Assembly: GCA_013265495.1 (NCBI GenBank)
Contig: MU058423.1
Location: 5,934,745 to 5,985,648, forward strand
Reading direction: 5' to 3'
DNA from: Vicugna vicugna
Taxonomy: Eukaryota
DNA length: 50,904 bases
The position numbers were made by a program, and so were the translations under genes. Shown here piece by piece: positions 1 to 12,580 of this stretch. Below the pieces are notes generated by a model. That model ran no database searches. It was given only the letters and a program-made list of their open reading frames with translations, and was not told the DNA's origin. Every line of letters starts with the position of its first letter. Positions within the stretch are counted from its first letter, which is position 1.

Positions 1-979
1 GACAACACATTTTATCATTTACTAGAATTCAGGAAGAAAATGTGTCTTATTTTTTAGCCGAAAGTTTGCTACTTAGAAGTAATAATCATTATTATAAGAG
101 TAATGGCAGTAAAACAATCATTTGAAAAATAAGGAAAGTTAGAAGAGATAAGTGAAGATGAAGTGTTAGTAACTCAGAGAGAAAAGATTTTTAATGTCCC
201 TGTAGAGATCAAGCTGTTTCAGTATATTATATGACTCTGAATCATCCAGATTTTGAAACTAGATTCTGACAATAATAGTTTTATATAAAATATAGGTGTA
301 GGAAATCAAGTTTTGCAAAAAAAAAATCCCCTAATGTCTCCCTGTATAATAGGTTTATTCCAATTTGGGGAAATATAAAATATTTTTCAATATTATCTCA
401 GACACTGGTGGGGAAATATTCCAGCTACTCTCTGTATAAGAAGTAATGTCATATGAAGCTAAATTTCCTCTAGGACTTACATGAAAGAAGAGTTGTAAAA
501 GGTATATTTAAAAAACTATTATAATTACTAGTCAAACATTTAAGGGATGGTTTATTTGCTGAAAAAAATCATTAGTTTTTATCATTCCATAACTAGGTTA
601 TCATTGTGCTACAACATTTAAATAGTGAAATGAAATTAAGATGCTCTATGCATTTCCATCAGACAGGTGAATTTAAGGTTTCCTTGAAGTATCTTATTCA
701 TATTTTATCTCATTTACTCAAATCTATCTTAAAGTTACAATTCTAATACTGTTGATGAACCCTATAAGTCAATCAATTGTAAAAGCTTTTATCGTTGTCT
801 TTAAAAGCACAGACTTCAGAGTCAGACGCACTCTAAAACCTATTCTATGATTTTAGTAGACATCTATTTTAATACCATTTTTGGAATTCCTCCATACTTC
901 CATACTTCCAATTCCCTGCTTCTACTCATAAAACTTTCTCTGAGGAGAATTTTTTTTTTTTTTCCTAACTCCAACTACA

Positions 980-1444
980 GTACCACTGTAGAGGCTACTA
1001 ATTGGTAGAGATTGCATCTCTGGACATGTCAGTAGGTATAGGATCTGACTGGGGTGAGCCACATTCTTGTCCTGTCATTTCAACTTTAAACTGAAGGAAA
1101 AAGAATTCATACTCTCTGATGGTGGCAATGGAAAAATATGAGCCTAGAAGTCATTGTGTTCATGATTCCTGCCTAGTTGAGAACTCAGCATAGCAGAATA
1201 AAACCAAAACACAAAGTAAAATAGAAAGGAAAAAACAAAAGTAAAAAAGAGTCCTACTGGAATTGCACTGGCTGAGGTCATCTATATTCTTACCCTTCCC
1301 ACTGTTGATTATATGAGCTAATAATTGTGTATTTGTTTCATTTTAATTCATTTATTCATTATTATTACTTTCTGTTTTGTGTTTGTTTTATTCTAAGCTG
1401 GTTAAAGTTTACTTTCTTCCTCTTGCAAAAAGTGCTGACTATTA
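980..1444 (+). mobile_element. Old MaLR solo LTR (MLT1I/J/K-like), degenerate
   Basis: The 3' part 'tgagctaataattg...ctaagctggttaaagtttactttcttcctcttgcaaaaagtgctgactatta' resembles the MLT1 3' end (tgagccaataaa...aagctagtttgagttgggtttctgtcacttgcaaccaaaagagtcctgactaata). The 5' boundary is approximate. Confidence 0.55.
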
Positions 1445-1504
1445 TAACTTCACAGCACATGTGACTTGAAACAAAAATTCCCTTCACTTGTAAAATTATT
1501 ATGA

Positions 1505-1860
1505 TATCTGAGTCAGTAAAGTTGTTTTGGTTTGAAATAACAGAAAATCTAAGTCAAAGCAGATTAAATAATTTGAGTATTGGATCACTGAAAATTTCAA
1601 GATAGGGCTGTACTAAGTGATAATCCAGCAGCTCAATGATATCACCTAAACTACGTTTCCTCATTCTTTCTACTCTGCTCTTTGTAGGATCAGTTTCATC
1701 TGAAAACAGCACCCCTTTGGTTGCTGGAGTAACATTCTCTTTGGTTCACATGAGCAGGAAAAAAGTACATCTTTGTCTTTGAATTCACTGGAATAAATCT
1801 GAAAGTGTCTGATTGAAACTGTTTAGATCAAAGTTGCTTGAAGTTCACACACCATAGCCA
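1505..1860 (-). mobile_element. Old MaLR solo LTR (MLT1J/K-like), degenerate
   Basis: 'gagtcagtaaagttgttttggtttgaaataacagaaaatctaagtcaaagcagattaaa' and 'gtctgattgaaactgtttagatca' match the reverse complement of the MLT1 3' end and body. Confidence 0.5.
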
Positions 1861-2462
1861 CTCTGCAAATTCTCAGTTATTGGTCCATGGTAAAATAAAT
1901 ACAAAAACTGGCAGCAAGTATTTAGAAAAGAATGTAGTCATTTAATATTGTGGAAATGTAAAATTTCCTGTGGAATGTAAAAAAAAAGATTTGGGCTTGT
2001 ATCTTGTGTATATTTAGTTTTGCAACTAATATTTCTCATGCTAAATTATTTTGTATATATAAATATGATCCTTTTGACATAGAAAAAGATAGTTAATGAA
2101 CTATTCTCTACAACAGAGTTTTTGTTTAGGTCTGAAACCAAGTTAAGAAAACCAAGCTCTGTGGTATAGTGAATGGAATGAGCTATTGTCTTGTCCTTGA
2201 TCATCTGTTCCACCTATGTATGTTTTTTTTTTTTTGAGGAAGTATTAAAATAATATAATTAGGGAAAACACTTAGCCCTCAAACATTATACCTGATTACT
2301 AGTTATATCGATGGTTATAGCAATCAACAAAGTCCTCAACAAATTTCCTATCTGGTCAACACAATGAAAGTGCAAGTTGACTTTTGTTTGGTTACAAAGT
2401 ATTAGTATGCTTTCTTCAGTTGTCTGAATTATCAATATATTTTGATATAATGGTTATTTCAA

Positions 2463-2750
2463 TGTATGGTGAAGAATGGGATGCACCACCCAGACTACCT
2501 TTCAAGGACTTACTGCCCCAACTTTCAGCAGACAGATTCGAACTCTCTCTTCTTCAGGGTTTGCCTCAACTGCAGGGAATTACTTTGCATAAGGGCACAA
2601 CTTTCCAAGGCAGTTTCCATCCATGACCACTTTGATAAGTAGACGTATAAAAGGTTGACTTTTTCAGTGCAACATGGAGACACTCTAATGGCCATATATT
2701 GTTGCAAATTTCTCCATGGTGTTGTCCAAATCTGCACTGAACTTGCACTG
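2463..2750 (+). mobile_element. ERVL LTR, LTR16A-like, 3'-truncated
   Basis: Begins TG. Contains 'ggatgcaccacccagactacctttcaagga', 'cttcagggtttgcctcaactgcaggga', the TATA box 'gtataaaagg' and 'ctctaatggccatat', colinear with the LTR16A consensus as recalled. Confidence 0.75.
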
Positions 2751-4447
2751 ATAAAGAGAACCAGAATGGACTAATAGGGAATAATTTATTGATCTGGGAG
2801 CTTACTCCCAAGATAGATGGCTTAAATGTGTGACAAAACCCCCAAAAGAGTGTACAAACTAATTATATATCTCTTAGAAGCATGAAAAAGCAATGTTAAG
2901 AGTAAGTAAGACTCCAGAATTTCTGTAGCAGACAATGGAAGAAATGAATATCAGTATGAGGAAGTTATTCTGGAGGGGCTATACTTGTAAGACTATAGGC
3001 TCACCAGATGATTATGTTCCATTTGAAAGCCCAAGGATTCACATTTACCAAAGCTATGAAGTATGCACTGGTGAGAGAGACACTAATATGATTAAACAGC
3101 TCTCCACTGTACAACACTGCAGTTTGAAAGACTGATACAGAACTGGAAGCAACACAGATGGTAGAACTCTGAAACAATGGAGACAACGAAGGGCAGAGAG
3201 CAGTGCTTTAGTGTCGAGGGCTAGGATATTACAATACCTTAATGACTGGCAGGGTCAGAGTGGCAGCCAAGGGTTCTGACACACAGATTGCTATGAAGAT
3301 GGTTCATAAAAGATAGTACCCCTAGGAACAAAAGAGATGGTCAGTTAGCAAGGATACTACCCAGGACATCATCACAGTAAATAGAGGATGGTCTACAAGG
3401 TGGCCGAAGACAGCTAACCTAATAAAAAATGTCATGATCCCTTGCTCAATTTCTGGACTTCAGATATTTTCATATTCAGAATCTACTGACTGAAGAGGTG
3501 GCCAAGTCTTTGGGAAGAAGGATACAGCAATATCATGGTGAATATAACCATTAATGAATACCCAGTCTTTCCACAGAGAGACTTATGGCCATTTAGGGCA
3601 AAAGGAAATGAACTTTCTGAGGCCTGTTAGACAGAGACCTACAGCATCACTATGACTCCCCTTGTAATAATGGAGTCTTGAGCAAAACTAAGCTTATTGT
3701 GGATTCACTAGGACCCATGAATCTACTTAGCAGTAATTTTACAATCCCTAAATGTATCATTGTGATTGACAGACTTAATACTTGGCATAACTCCCACATT
3801 GATTCCTTGGTCTTTGCAGTAAGGTCTCATGATGCAGAAAGCAAATGAAGACACTGAAACTGCCACTCTGCCAAGATAGTAAATAGAAAACAATAATGCA
3901 TCCTGGGCCAAAGAATATAAAGTAATAAGGACCTAAAGGATGCAGAGGCAGTACATCATATCTCCATGTAATTCACCAGCCTGGCTCTTGCAGAAAATAT
4001 ATGGAACCTGGAGGGTGACTCTAGGCTATTACCAACTCAAACAAGTAGTAGCCCCAGTTGCAGTGCTAGAAATGTAGTCCTTGCTAGAACAGATTATTGT
4101 GGCTTTGGATATAGAAATGCAGCACTGATTTGGTAAGTCCATTCTTTTTATTGTTTATTTATTAGTATCAGAAAAGATGATTAGAGATTGTTCATATTTA
4201 TATGGAACAGGGAACAATACACATTTACAGTTTTGCTCTAGAGCTGTATTACCTCTTCCATCCTCTATCATTTTATAGTACTGAAATATCTGGACCCAAT
4301 ACAACATCATGATTCACCACATTATATTAATTAAAATGAATAATCAAGGAATATCTAGCACCTTAGAGGCCCTAGTAAGATAAATGCATTCCAGAGGGTA
4401 GGAAATAAACTGTATTCATATATAGGGCCTGAAACATCATATTTAGT
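2751..4447 (+). mobile_element. ERVL (class III) internal relic: degenerate gag/pro and N-terminal half of RT
   Basis: From 3961 it translates SPCNSPAWLLQKIYGTWRVTLGYYQLKQVVAPVA (ERVL RT SPFNSPVWPxQKxDGSWRMTVDYRxLNQVVAP). Later segments give QYTFTVLL*SCITS (cf. QYTFTVLPQGYxNS) and MHSRG*EIN (cf. MRSRGWEIN). Many stops and frameshifts. Confidence 0.85.
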
Positions 4448-5934
4448 GAGAAAAGAAGGCATTTCTCTTCTAGAAATCCATAACATACAGATGATAGAGA
4501 CATTCTTAAATATGAATGTAATAAATTCATATTTGAAAAATTAAATTTCAAGAGAGAATGTTTTAAAACAAGAGCTAAAGTAAATAGTTTGAAATCACAA
4601 TATTTGCATAATTTGTTGTTATTCTAAACAGGAACATTAAGATTTGATCTCCTTGGTTTCCAAGTTAATCTGTGTTAAAATACACATTTTAATGACTTAG
4701 AGATTCAGACTCTTCTAATACTTGAATTTGATTGCTTGTGGTATTAATCAATGTATAAAATCAACTTCTAATTCCGTATAATTAGTGCTTGAAGGGATGA
4801 CTCGTTAGAATTAAAGATTCTCCAACAAGAAAATAATTAAACCGTTCAAATCTTTGGCAAAGAGAATTAGCATTGTGAATCATTTTAACTTTGCTGGAAT
4901 TATATGATTTAATGACAGCTTTTGTGCATGACAGAAATCATGGACCAATATGTGTAGAGCATGTATTTTTAAAAACCGAATTATTGTCAGTTTTGATTAG
5001 CTAGGCTAATCACAGAAACAGTAAAGGTAATAATTTAAACTGAAAACAATGCTCAAATAATTAATACGTTGCTTTCCAGAATACTTTTTCTCCATAGACT
5101 TAACATCTCAATTATGTCCTTCTACCACCTAAGGTAAAATTAAAACTAATTTACAATTTAATTCAAATGACTTCACCATTATCCCTTCTTTAACTTCTTT
5201 ATTTAGAAATATTTTCTCTATTTACTGTTACCTACCTGCAAACATATAGCGTATTCTATTTTTTGTAATATTTATTAACATAAAAAATTTTTTTTTAAAT
5301 AATGCTAAAAAAAGTTCTAACAAACACCATTCTTCCATTATTCTTTTGGTGGGCAAGGACCACTAAAATCTTCAAAAATTCATACTTAAAGTAAAAAGAA
5401 AGTAAGTAAATTATACTATCAAAATTAAGAATACACTATTTTTTTAATTATATGAAACTAATGAGCATTTAAGTAATTCTTTTAGAAAGTGAATGCTACT
5501 GGCATTTCTTGTGCATTAACTCTTCTCAGAATACACTTTAAGCAATTTCTAACAGAATTGAGGATATTAAAAGTTTTGAAGAACATGTTTATCACGTTAC
5601 ATATTACAAAAAAGTAAATTTCTAATCACTATATGGAGTTTTTGAAAATTAATATGAACTATGTCAAAAATATTTCTATTATTTAATTAGAGCTATCTGT
5701 GATATTTAAACTACGAAACATTTGTTTGGAAGTAGAACAAAGAAACATAATCATAAGAAATTGTCCTGAACACATGAAATTATCTCCTTAATAAGGTTAT
5801 AAATATTTTACTAATTTCATTTTAATAAAATAAAACTTTTAACAATTACAACTTTTAACAATAATTCCAATTTCATTGCTAGTAGTCTAATTTTGTTCCA
5901 TTTACTTACTTCAGGTAGATAAAACTATGACTTC

Positions 5935-6050
5935 TTAATTTGTAAGTCAACAAAAAACATTTTTATGAGTCATAATGGTTTCAATTGTAATAGAAGAGTT
6001 CTTCAAATGGTGCTTTTTCCAACATGAGAGTTGTTCCATCAGGACTTATA
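5935..6050 (+). repeat. Left arm of a 116-bp inverted repeat (partner 6940-7055)
   Basis: Hand alignment to the reverse complement of 6940-7055 is ungapped with 13 mismatches in 116 nt (about 89% identity). Confidence 0.95.
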
Positions 6051-6649
6051 TAGAAAGGCTTCTTAAAAAGCTTTTTTGTAGTATTTAACTTCTGGGTGCA
6101 TGATTTTAAATATTTTTTTCTCCATTTAAAATAAATTATGACTTCTGTTAACAAATAAATTACTTCTGTACTTCAACAAAATTCTTAAAGTCTTTATTTT
6201 GGCATGATATAAATTTTGACTTTGTGTTCTATCTTTACATATGGAATATAAATAATTAGTAAGCATTCTTTCATTTTCATTTTTGAATGATTTACTATTT
6301 CTTAAAAGAAACAATATAAATTTGTACTGTTCTCAATCAGTCATTACCTGTAGTATTTAAGAGGGCAGAAGAAAGGACAACCCTACAAACTTGGAAGGAG
6401 ATTTTTAGCAACAGTTAGCTTGTAAATGTTAGCTGGAAATTCAAATTTTAAACAGTTATTGAATGTTATCATTACTTATAGCAAATATAGCGTAACATAT
6501 ATGTTATAATATATATAACATTATACTATATATTATAGTATATATTTATAAAACATAATTATATACACAATGAAATAAATACCAATAACAATTTCAATTA
6601 CAGACCCTAAGCATTTGTAGGAAAACTTAAAGGAACTGTCAACCTTGAC

Positions 6650-6939
6650 ATTGTTTTTGTTGTTATTATTTATTAATTTTTTTTTTGGCATTTCAAAATT
6701 GGCTTTAAATACTCATCAGGGTGCCATGCAAAGGGACAAGGGTGAGAACCTGTTACATGTGAGTGGGGGCTGGGAAGCCCTAAGAGAGAAAAGACTCATA
6801 TCAGGGCACCTGGGGTGGCCCACTCCAACCTGGGATAAGGGAACAGAGTAGAGACCCTCTCTAGAGGGTCCCAGGGCCAACGTGGGCGTCAGCCCTCCCT
6901 TCGAGTAGATCATCGGGGAGGGAACTGGTATTTCCCTTC
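6650..6939 (-). pseudogene. 5'-truncated processed retrocopy (mRNA 3'-UTR fragment with degenerate poly(A) tail); parent gene not recognised
   Basis: An abrupt GC-rich block in very AT-rich DNA. On the minus strand it ends '...gagtatttaaagccaattttgaaatgcc' followed by an A-rich tail (T-rich 6650-6687 on +). I recognise no TE consensus here. Confidence 0.6.
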
Positions 6940-7055
6940 TATAAGTCCTGATAGAACAACTCTCATGATGGAAAAATCATCATTTGAAGAACTCATCTGT
7001 TACAATTTTGACCATTATGACTCATAAAACTGTGCTTCGTTGACTTACAAATTAA
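6940..7055 (-). repeat. Right arm of the 116-bp inverted repeat (partner 5935-6050)
   Basis: Its reverse complement reads ttaatttgtaagtcaacgaagcacagttttatgagtcataatgg...gagagttgttctatcaggacttata, matching 5935-6050. Confidence 0.95.
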
Positions 7056-8293
7056 TCAAGGTAAAATATTTCCAAACAACAAAATGCAAACAAATGAAAA
7101 AAAAATCAATGTTCATATTTATTTTCTTAAAAGTGAGTATGTGGAGTATTGTTTGATCACCTGGAATAAAATAATTTGTAATGAAAATATGAAGTTTTCT
7201 TTGATATCGCAATTATCCTTTTATTATTCTTTTAGAATTGTGCTGGCCTGAAATATTTAAATAATTTAGTTATATTCCTAGAATAGTTTGAATCAAATTA
7301 GGTACACAGATACTCCAACATATATTGCTAAAAATAGTAGTTTAAAATAAATATAATGAACAGGGCTTGTAAGAAAGGATAATATTGTGATTTATGTTTT
7401 TCATATACACTCTTCCAGTTTGGAACAATTAGTAATATGATTGGAAATGCAAAGTAAGTGTTTTAGAAATTAAACAGGTAAGGTTACTACAATAATAGGT
7501 TAGCCTTTCTTCTTATAAAACAAATTAAATAACTGGGTGACATGCAGCTTTCTGCATTTTGGTTCTACCTTGTATTTCTTCACGTAAAATTTGAGAGTAG
7601 TCTGAATTCAAATAAATAGATTACTCACTGAGTTACTTAGTTTCTGGTCTCTCAGCCACTTGGTCTTCCAATAACATTGCCCTGTCAAATGTTGGCTTTT
7701 ACTGACAAGTCTATTGATTACCTGATTAATGTACAAATCTTTTATTGGCATTTACTACAGAAGACATAATTTTAGTGTTTGTATGATCAATAGTTTTATC
7801 AACACTAAAATTTCCTACTGTTAGTTTGAAAGGCTCTAACTATAGGGAATTGTATATTTCTTGATAAATACAGGAAAAACATTGTAAATATTAACAAACC
7901 AAAGAAACTGGATGTTCTATGTGGTGTTCTATTATATTTTACTCCCCTCTAAGAAGGAGAATAACAAACAAAAGAAAAAATATTTAAAGTAATTCATAGA
8001 AAAAGCAACCCAGCAGATGCTAGCTGTTTGGGGTTAAACAGAATATATGGAAAGCAAGTACTTTCACAATCCTCACCTTCTAGATTTTTTAATGCAGAAT
8101 GTATAAATACATATTACAAAAATATTAAAAGTTTCTAAATTTTTAAATAGATCTAATCGATTTAATTACAGTGATGGAATTCAACAATGGTGATAGTATC
8201 TTTTAGATTTAAAACAGCTATTTATTAAATGAGGTACATCAGAGTGATTATCTAAAACATAATAAAGTTGTACTTAAAATTATAATAGGTTTT

Positions 8294-8718
8294 ATGAGTG
8301 ATATCATATGGTATTCTTATTTCTCTTTCTAGCTTACTTCACTTAGAAAGAAAAATATCATATGATATCACTCACATGTGGAATATAAAAAAAAAGAAGA
8401 GGACACTAATGAACTCATCTACAAAAGAAACAGACTCGAAGACATAGTAAACAATCTTATGGTTACAGGGGAAAGAGGGTGGGAAGGGATAAATTTGGGA
8501 GTTCAAGATTTGCAAATGTTAACCACTATATATAAAAACAGATAAAAAATAAATTTCTCCTGTATAGCACAGAGAATCATATTCAATATCTTGCAATAAA
8601 CTCTAATGAAAAAAGAGTATGAAAACAAATATATGTATATATATGCATGACTAGGACATTATGCTGTATGCCAGAAATTGACATATTGAAACTGACTGTA
8701 CTTCAATTTTAAAAAAAA
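8294..8718 (+). mobile_element. Lineage-specific L1 3' end with a short 5' inversion (8294-8348 inverted)
   Basis: The forward part carries the same 3' UTR as the copies at 14435 and 43012 and ends in A8. 8294-8348 is the reverse complement of the ORF2 end (ttctaagtgaagtaagc...gatatcactcat). Confidence 0.9.
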
Positions 8719-9483
8719 TTGACTTCAAGAGGAGAGCAGCCTTATGGATGCTATAGTCAATGACATTTCAGAAAAAGGTGAGAAAGGGGGTTTTGGGAGG
8801 GAAAAAGAGAGAAACCTTGAGAGAGAAAGAGGGAGAGATGGAAGCAAGGGAGAGAGGAAGAGTGAAAAGAGCAAAAAAGAACTACAAGACAGAGAAAGAA
8901 GGAAGAAGAGATGCTGAGATGCATTCAGGGGTCTTGGGTACTCCTGCCTCAAGCGAGGGAAGCAAAACAACTCCTGATTTTCATTCCTCGTCCTGCTATG
9001 ATGCTGGCACTGCAACCTGGCCACAAGGATTAAGATCTTTGCTCCAATTAACTGTGGGGGACCAGCCAGTTCCAGCTTGACATTCTGGTATCATTCTATG
9101 CCTTTTTAGCAACTGCCCTGAAAAGACCAGGCCCTACAATTTTCATTAAGATTCATCAAGGAAGCCTTGGTAGATCATTAATAAAGAAATGCATATAACA
9201 GAGCCCACCATCAACTCTAGTGTCTTCTCATTTATCAAGCCTCACCAAAATGGACCCCAGGCATGTAAAGAGAAGCCACCTGGAGCCACTTTTCAATCTA
9301 CTTAATGGATTGAGTAAGCCTATTTTAATTAATTTAATTTTATGAACAGATATGCATGAGATGGTATTAAATGCTTCATTAGAAATAAAGTTACATTCAA
9401 TCACAAAAAATTATTGAATTTTGAATTATTGAAATTTTGCAGAATACATATTTTTATCTATCATGTTAAAAAGTAAATGAATT

Positions 9484-12400
9484 AAAACCAAGTGGGTTTA
9501 CTCCAGGTATGCATGCTTGGTTCAACATTCAGAAATAAATCACTGTAATCCAATACACGAACCAGTTACAGGGGGAAAATCATTTGGTTCTAGCAACTGA
9601 TGCAGAAAAAGCATTTGGCAAAATCCAATATCCATTTATGAAAAAACTCTCAGCAAATTAGGAATAGAGGGGGTAAAGAACTTGGTAAAGAACATCACCA
9701 AAAAAACCTTTCAGATAACATCATACTTTATGATAAAAGACAGGATGCTTTTATCTAAGATCAAGAACAAGGCATGGATGTCTATTATTACTCACCATTA
9801 CTTTTAGATACACAATCAAAAGTAAGATCCATGATAGGAAAAAAAAAATAAACAGCTGGACTTTGTTAAAATTAATTTTGTTTTGCTTTGCAAAAGATTC
9901 TACTTGGTGAGTGAAGTCAAGCTATAGTCTAAGAGGAAGTATTACAAAACATTTATCTGATGAAGGACAAAACATATAAAGAATCTTGAAAACTCAACAG
10001 TGAGAGAACAAAGAACCCAACTATGGAATGTGGAAAAGCTCTGACCAGATGTTCTTCCAGTGAAGATATACAGATAGCAAATAAGCATATGAAAAGATGT
10101 TCAATATCATATGTCATTAGATAAATGCAAATTACAACACTGTGAGATGCTACAAATTAATCTATTAAAATGGCTACACTCCAAATAGCAACTGCTGGTG
10201 AGCATATTGAACAGCAGGGACTCTCCTTCACTGCTGATGGGAATGTAAAACAGTATAGCCACTTTGGAAGAAAGTTCAGTGGTATCTGACAAAACTGAAT
10301 ATAATCTTACTTTATGTTCTAACAATGGTGCTGTTAGGTATTTATGAACTGATTTTAAAATAGTACAATCTGCATGTGAATATTTATAGCAACTTAATTC
10401 ATCACTGCCAAAACAAGAGACAGCCAAGATATCCTTCAGTAGGTTACTGGAAAAATAAACTGTGGTATACTGATTAAAATAGAATAATATTCAGCAATAA
10501 AAAAGTAATAATCCATGCAAAGACATGAATGAATTTTAAATGAATATTGATAACCAAAAAAAGCCACCCTGAAAAGATTACATACTTTTAAATTACAGTT
10601 ATATGACATTCGGGAAAAGGTCAGTTGTTAGTGGGAGTTTGAGGTGAAAGGTTAATAGGTAAAGCACAGGGGATTTTTAATTATTTTAAGTGAAATTATT
10701 TTCAGTGATATTGTAATGGTGAATACATGACATTATCCTTTTGTTAAAATACATAGAACTTTTATCATTAAGAGTCAGCCTTAATATATGCAAATAAAAA
10801 TTATTTCAGAGTCAAGAAATTCCACAATAAAATCTAGAATTTGACATAATAATCTAATTATTGCATACATATGAAATAACCGCATTGAAAAGAAATGAGG
10901 GAAAGTTGTTGACTTACGTAACTGGAAATGAGTGCATTCTATAAGAAAGATTAAAGGCAAAATAAACTTCAAGCACATTAAATAAAATTAGCACCTGATT
11001 GCAGTTATCCATGGGTTAGTAATTATAAACTGCGATACATATATATATATATAGTTTGTCACTGGCTTCTTTGTAATTTTAGTGTCTTTACAAGAAAATC
11101 TTAAATTATATATATGGCTCACATTGTATAATTATTACATAGCACCATTCTAAGCTGCCATATGTCCAAAGCAATTTTCAAATTTCTGAGGGTTCCACCA
11201 ATCAGTAAGCATAACTATGTAAGACTTAATGTGTTCAAACTTATTTCTGAAGATCCCACACTTTAATAATTCCTACCTAAGACTCATTGAACAGTTAAGT
11301 AAATGGATGTCAGATGACGGGGAACAGATTGGAGTGAGAGATTTACAGATAAGCAAAGTGCGGAAGGCTAGAATGTTCCATGTAGTGACAGATTAGATTG
11401 GAGACATTAGTATAAACTAATGCTTACTGTAATCTAAATGGCTACATACATAAGTGTTTATAGATATGTTTAGATCCACAGGTTACTATGCTCATGTATA
11501 CTTCGTTTTGCTGTCAGCTTAGAGTGCTTACATGCAAAGTCACTCCAGTAGCAACAAGCACACCTAGACTTAAAGTTTGGTTTCTAATGTTATTCTCCAA
11601 TTTAAAAAAAAAAAGCTCTTTGAAGATCTGGCTGATTCTAGAACTGAGGCAGAAAATACACATGATTAGCCCAGAGCATTTCATAGTGTCAGAAAGGAAG
11701 TGCTTAAACAAACACCACACAAATGAAGGGACATACCCAAGAGCCAACTGGAAGAGTTCCCAATGGCCAAAGCTGAAATAATTTGAACACAAAAATATAA
11801 AGTAGTGTTGAATTATAACACAAAACTTGAAAATATCCACAGGTCTATCCTGATTTAAATAAATTATTGAATACATAAATCAAATATCCCATGTAGAAGA
11901 TTTCAAATGTTTATACAGATACTCCACCCTCAAGGAGGTGGCGCATAACTCCCCACTTAAGTGTGGGCCATGCATAGTGCCTTCTTTTCAAGAGTACATT
12001 AGGGAAAAGGGAAAAAGTGTAATTTGACCAAGAAGAAAGCTGAAAAATACTACTTTAGCCAGGTGATCAAAGTTAACAACAACAGTGATAAATCATGTTA
12101 TGCTAAATTAGGTACCCTTAATATGAGATGATGCGATTTTCACTGAACTCTGTGGTGTTTCCTCCTCTAAAATTGTAACCTTAGTTTAATCATGAGGGAT
12201 ACAAAAATCAGACAAATGCCAATAGAGAGGCTTCCTACAAAATACCTTGCTGGTAGTCCTCACCTCTCAAGGTAATCTTTAAAAAAGAAAGGTCTGAGAA
12301 ATTATTGCAGCCAAGAAAAGCCTAAGGAAGCATTACAACTAAATGTAATATGGAATTCTGGACTAGATCCTGAAGCACCAAAAAGAAGTTGGCTGAAAAA

Positions 12401-12580
12401 AAAGCAAACCTGAATTTAGTTAATAATTAGGTATCAATATAGGTTCTCTACTTGTGACAAATGTCCCACATTAATACAAGATGTTGATAATAGAGGAAAT
12501 GATGTGGGATATCTGGGATCTCTCAAACTACACCTCTGATTTTCCTGTAAATCTAAAACTATTCTGAAAAAAAGTTTATG
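9484..12580 (+). mobile_element. Old eutherian L1 (L1MD-like): ORF2 RT fragment, ORF2 C-terminus and long 3' UTR; internal deletion near 9795 and interruption at about 11045-11285
   Basis: 9484-9680 is degenerate QVGFxPGMxxWFNI...DAEKAFxKIQxPFM. The 3' UTR has 'caaggaggtggcgcataactccccacttaagtgtggg', 'agccaggtgatcaaagttaac' and the terminus 'ctgtaaatctaaaactattct', typical of L1MD/L1MC. Confidence 0.85.
11070..11147 (+). mobile_element. hAT-Charlie MER3/MER33-like terminal fragment
   Basis: 'aagaaaatcttaaattatatatatggctcacattgtataattattacatagcacc' resembles the MER3 end (tagaaaatttaaaattacatatgtggctcgcattatatttctattggacagcgctg). Confidence 0.4.

Noticed and set aside
6485..6570. AT-rich quasi-palindromes
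   Set aside because: Low-complexity (TA)-derived sequence is self-complementary by composition.
5935..7055. DNA transposon with 116-bp TIRs
   Set aside because: There is no TSD or recognisable terminal motif and no transposase remnant. One arm abuts a retrocopy, which explains it better.
8725..9080. 99-aa and 106-aa overlapping ORFs
   Set aside because: They arise from a GA-rich low-complexity tract and show no recognisable domain or splice context.
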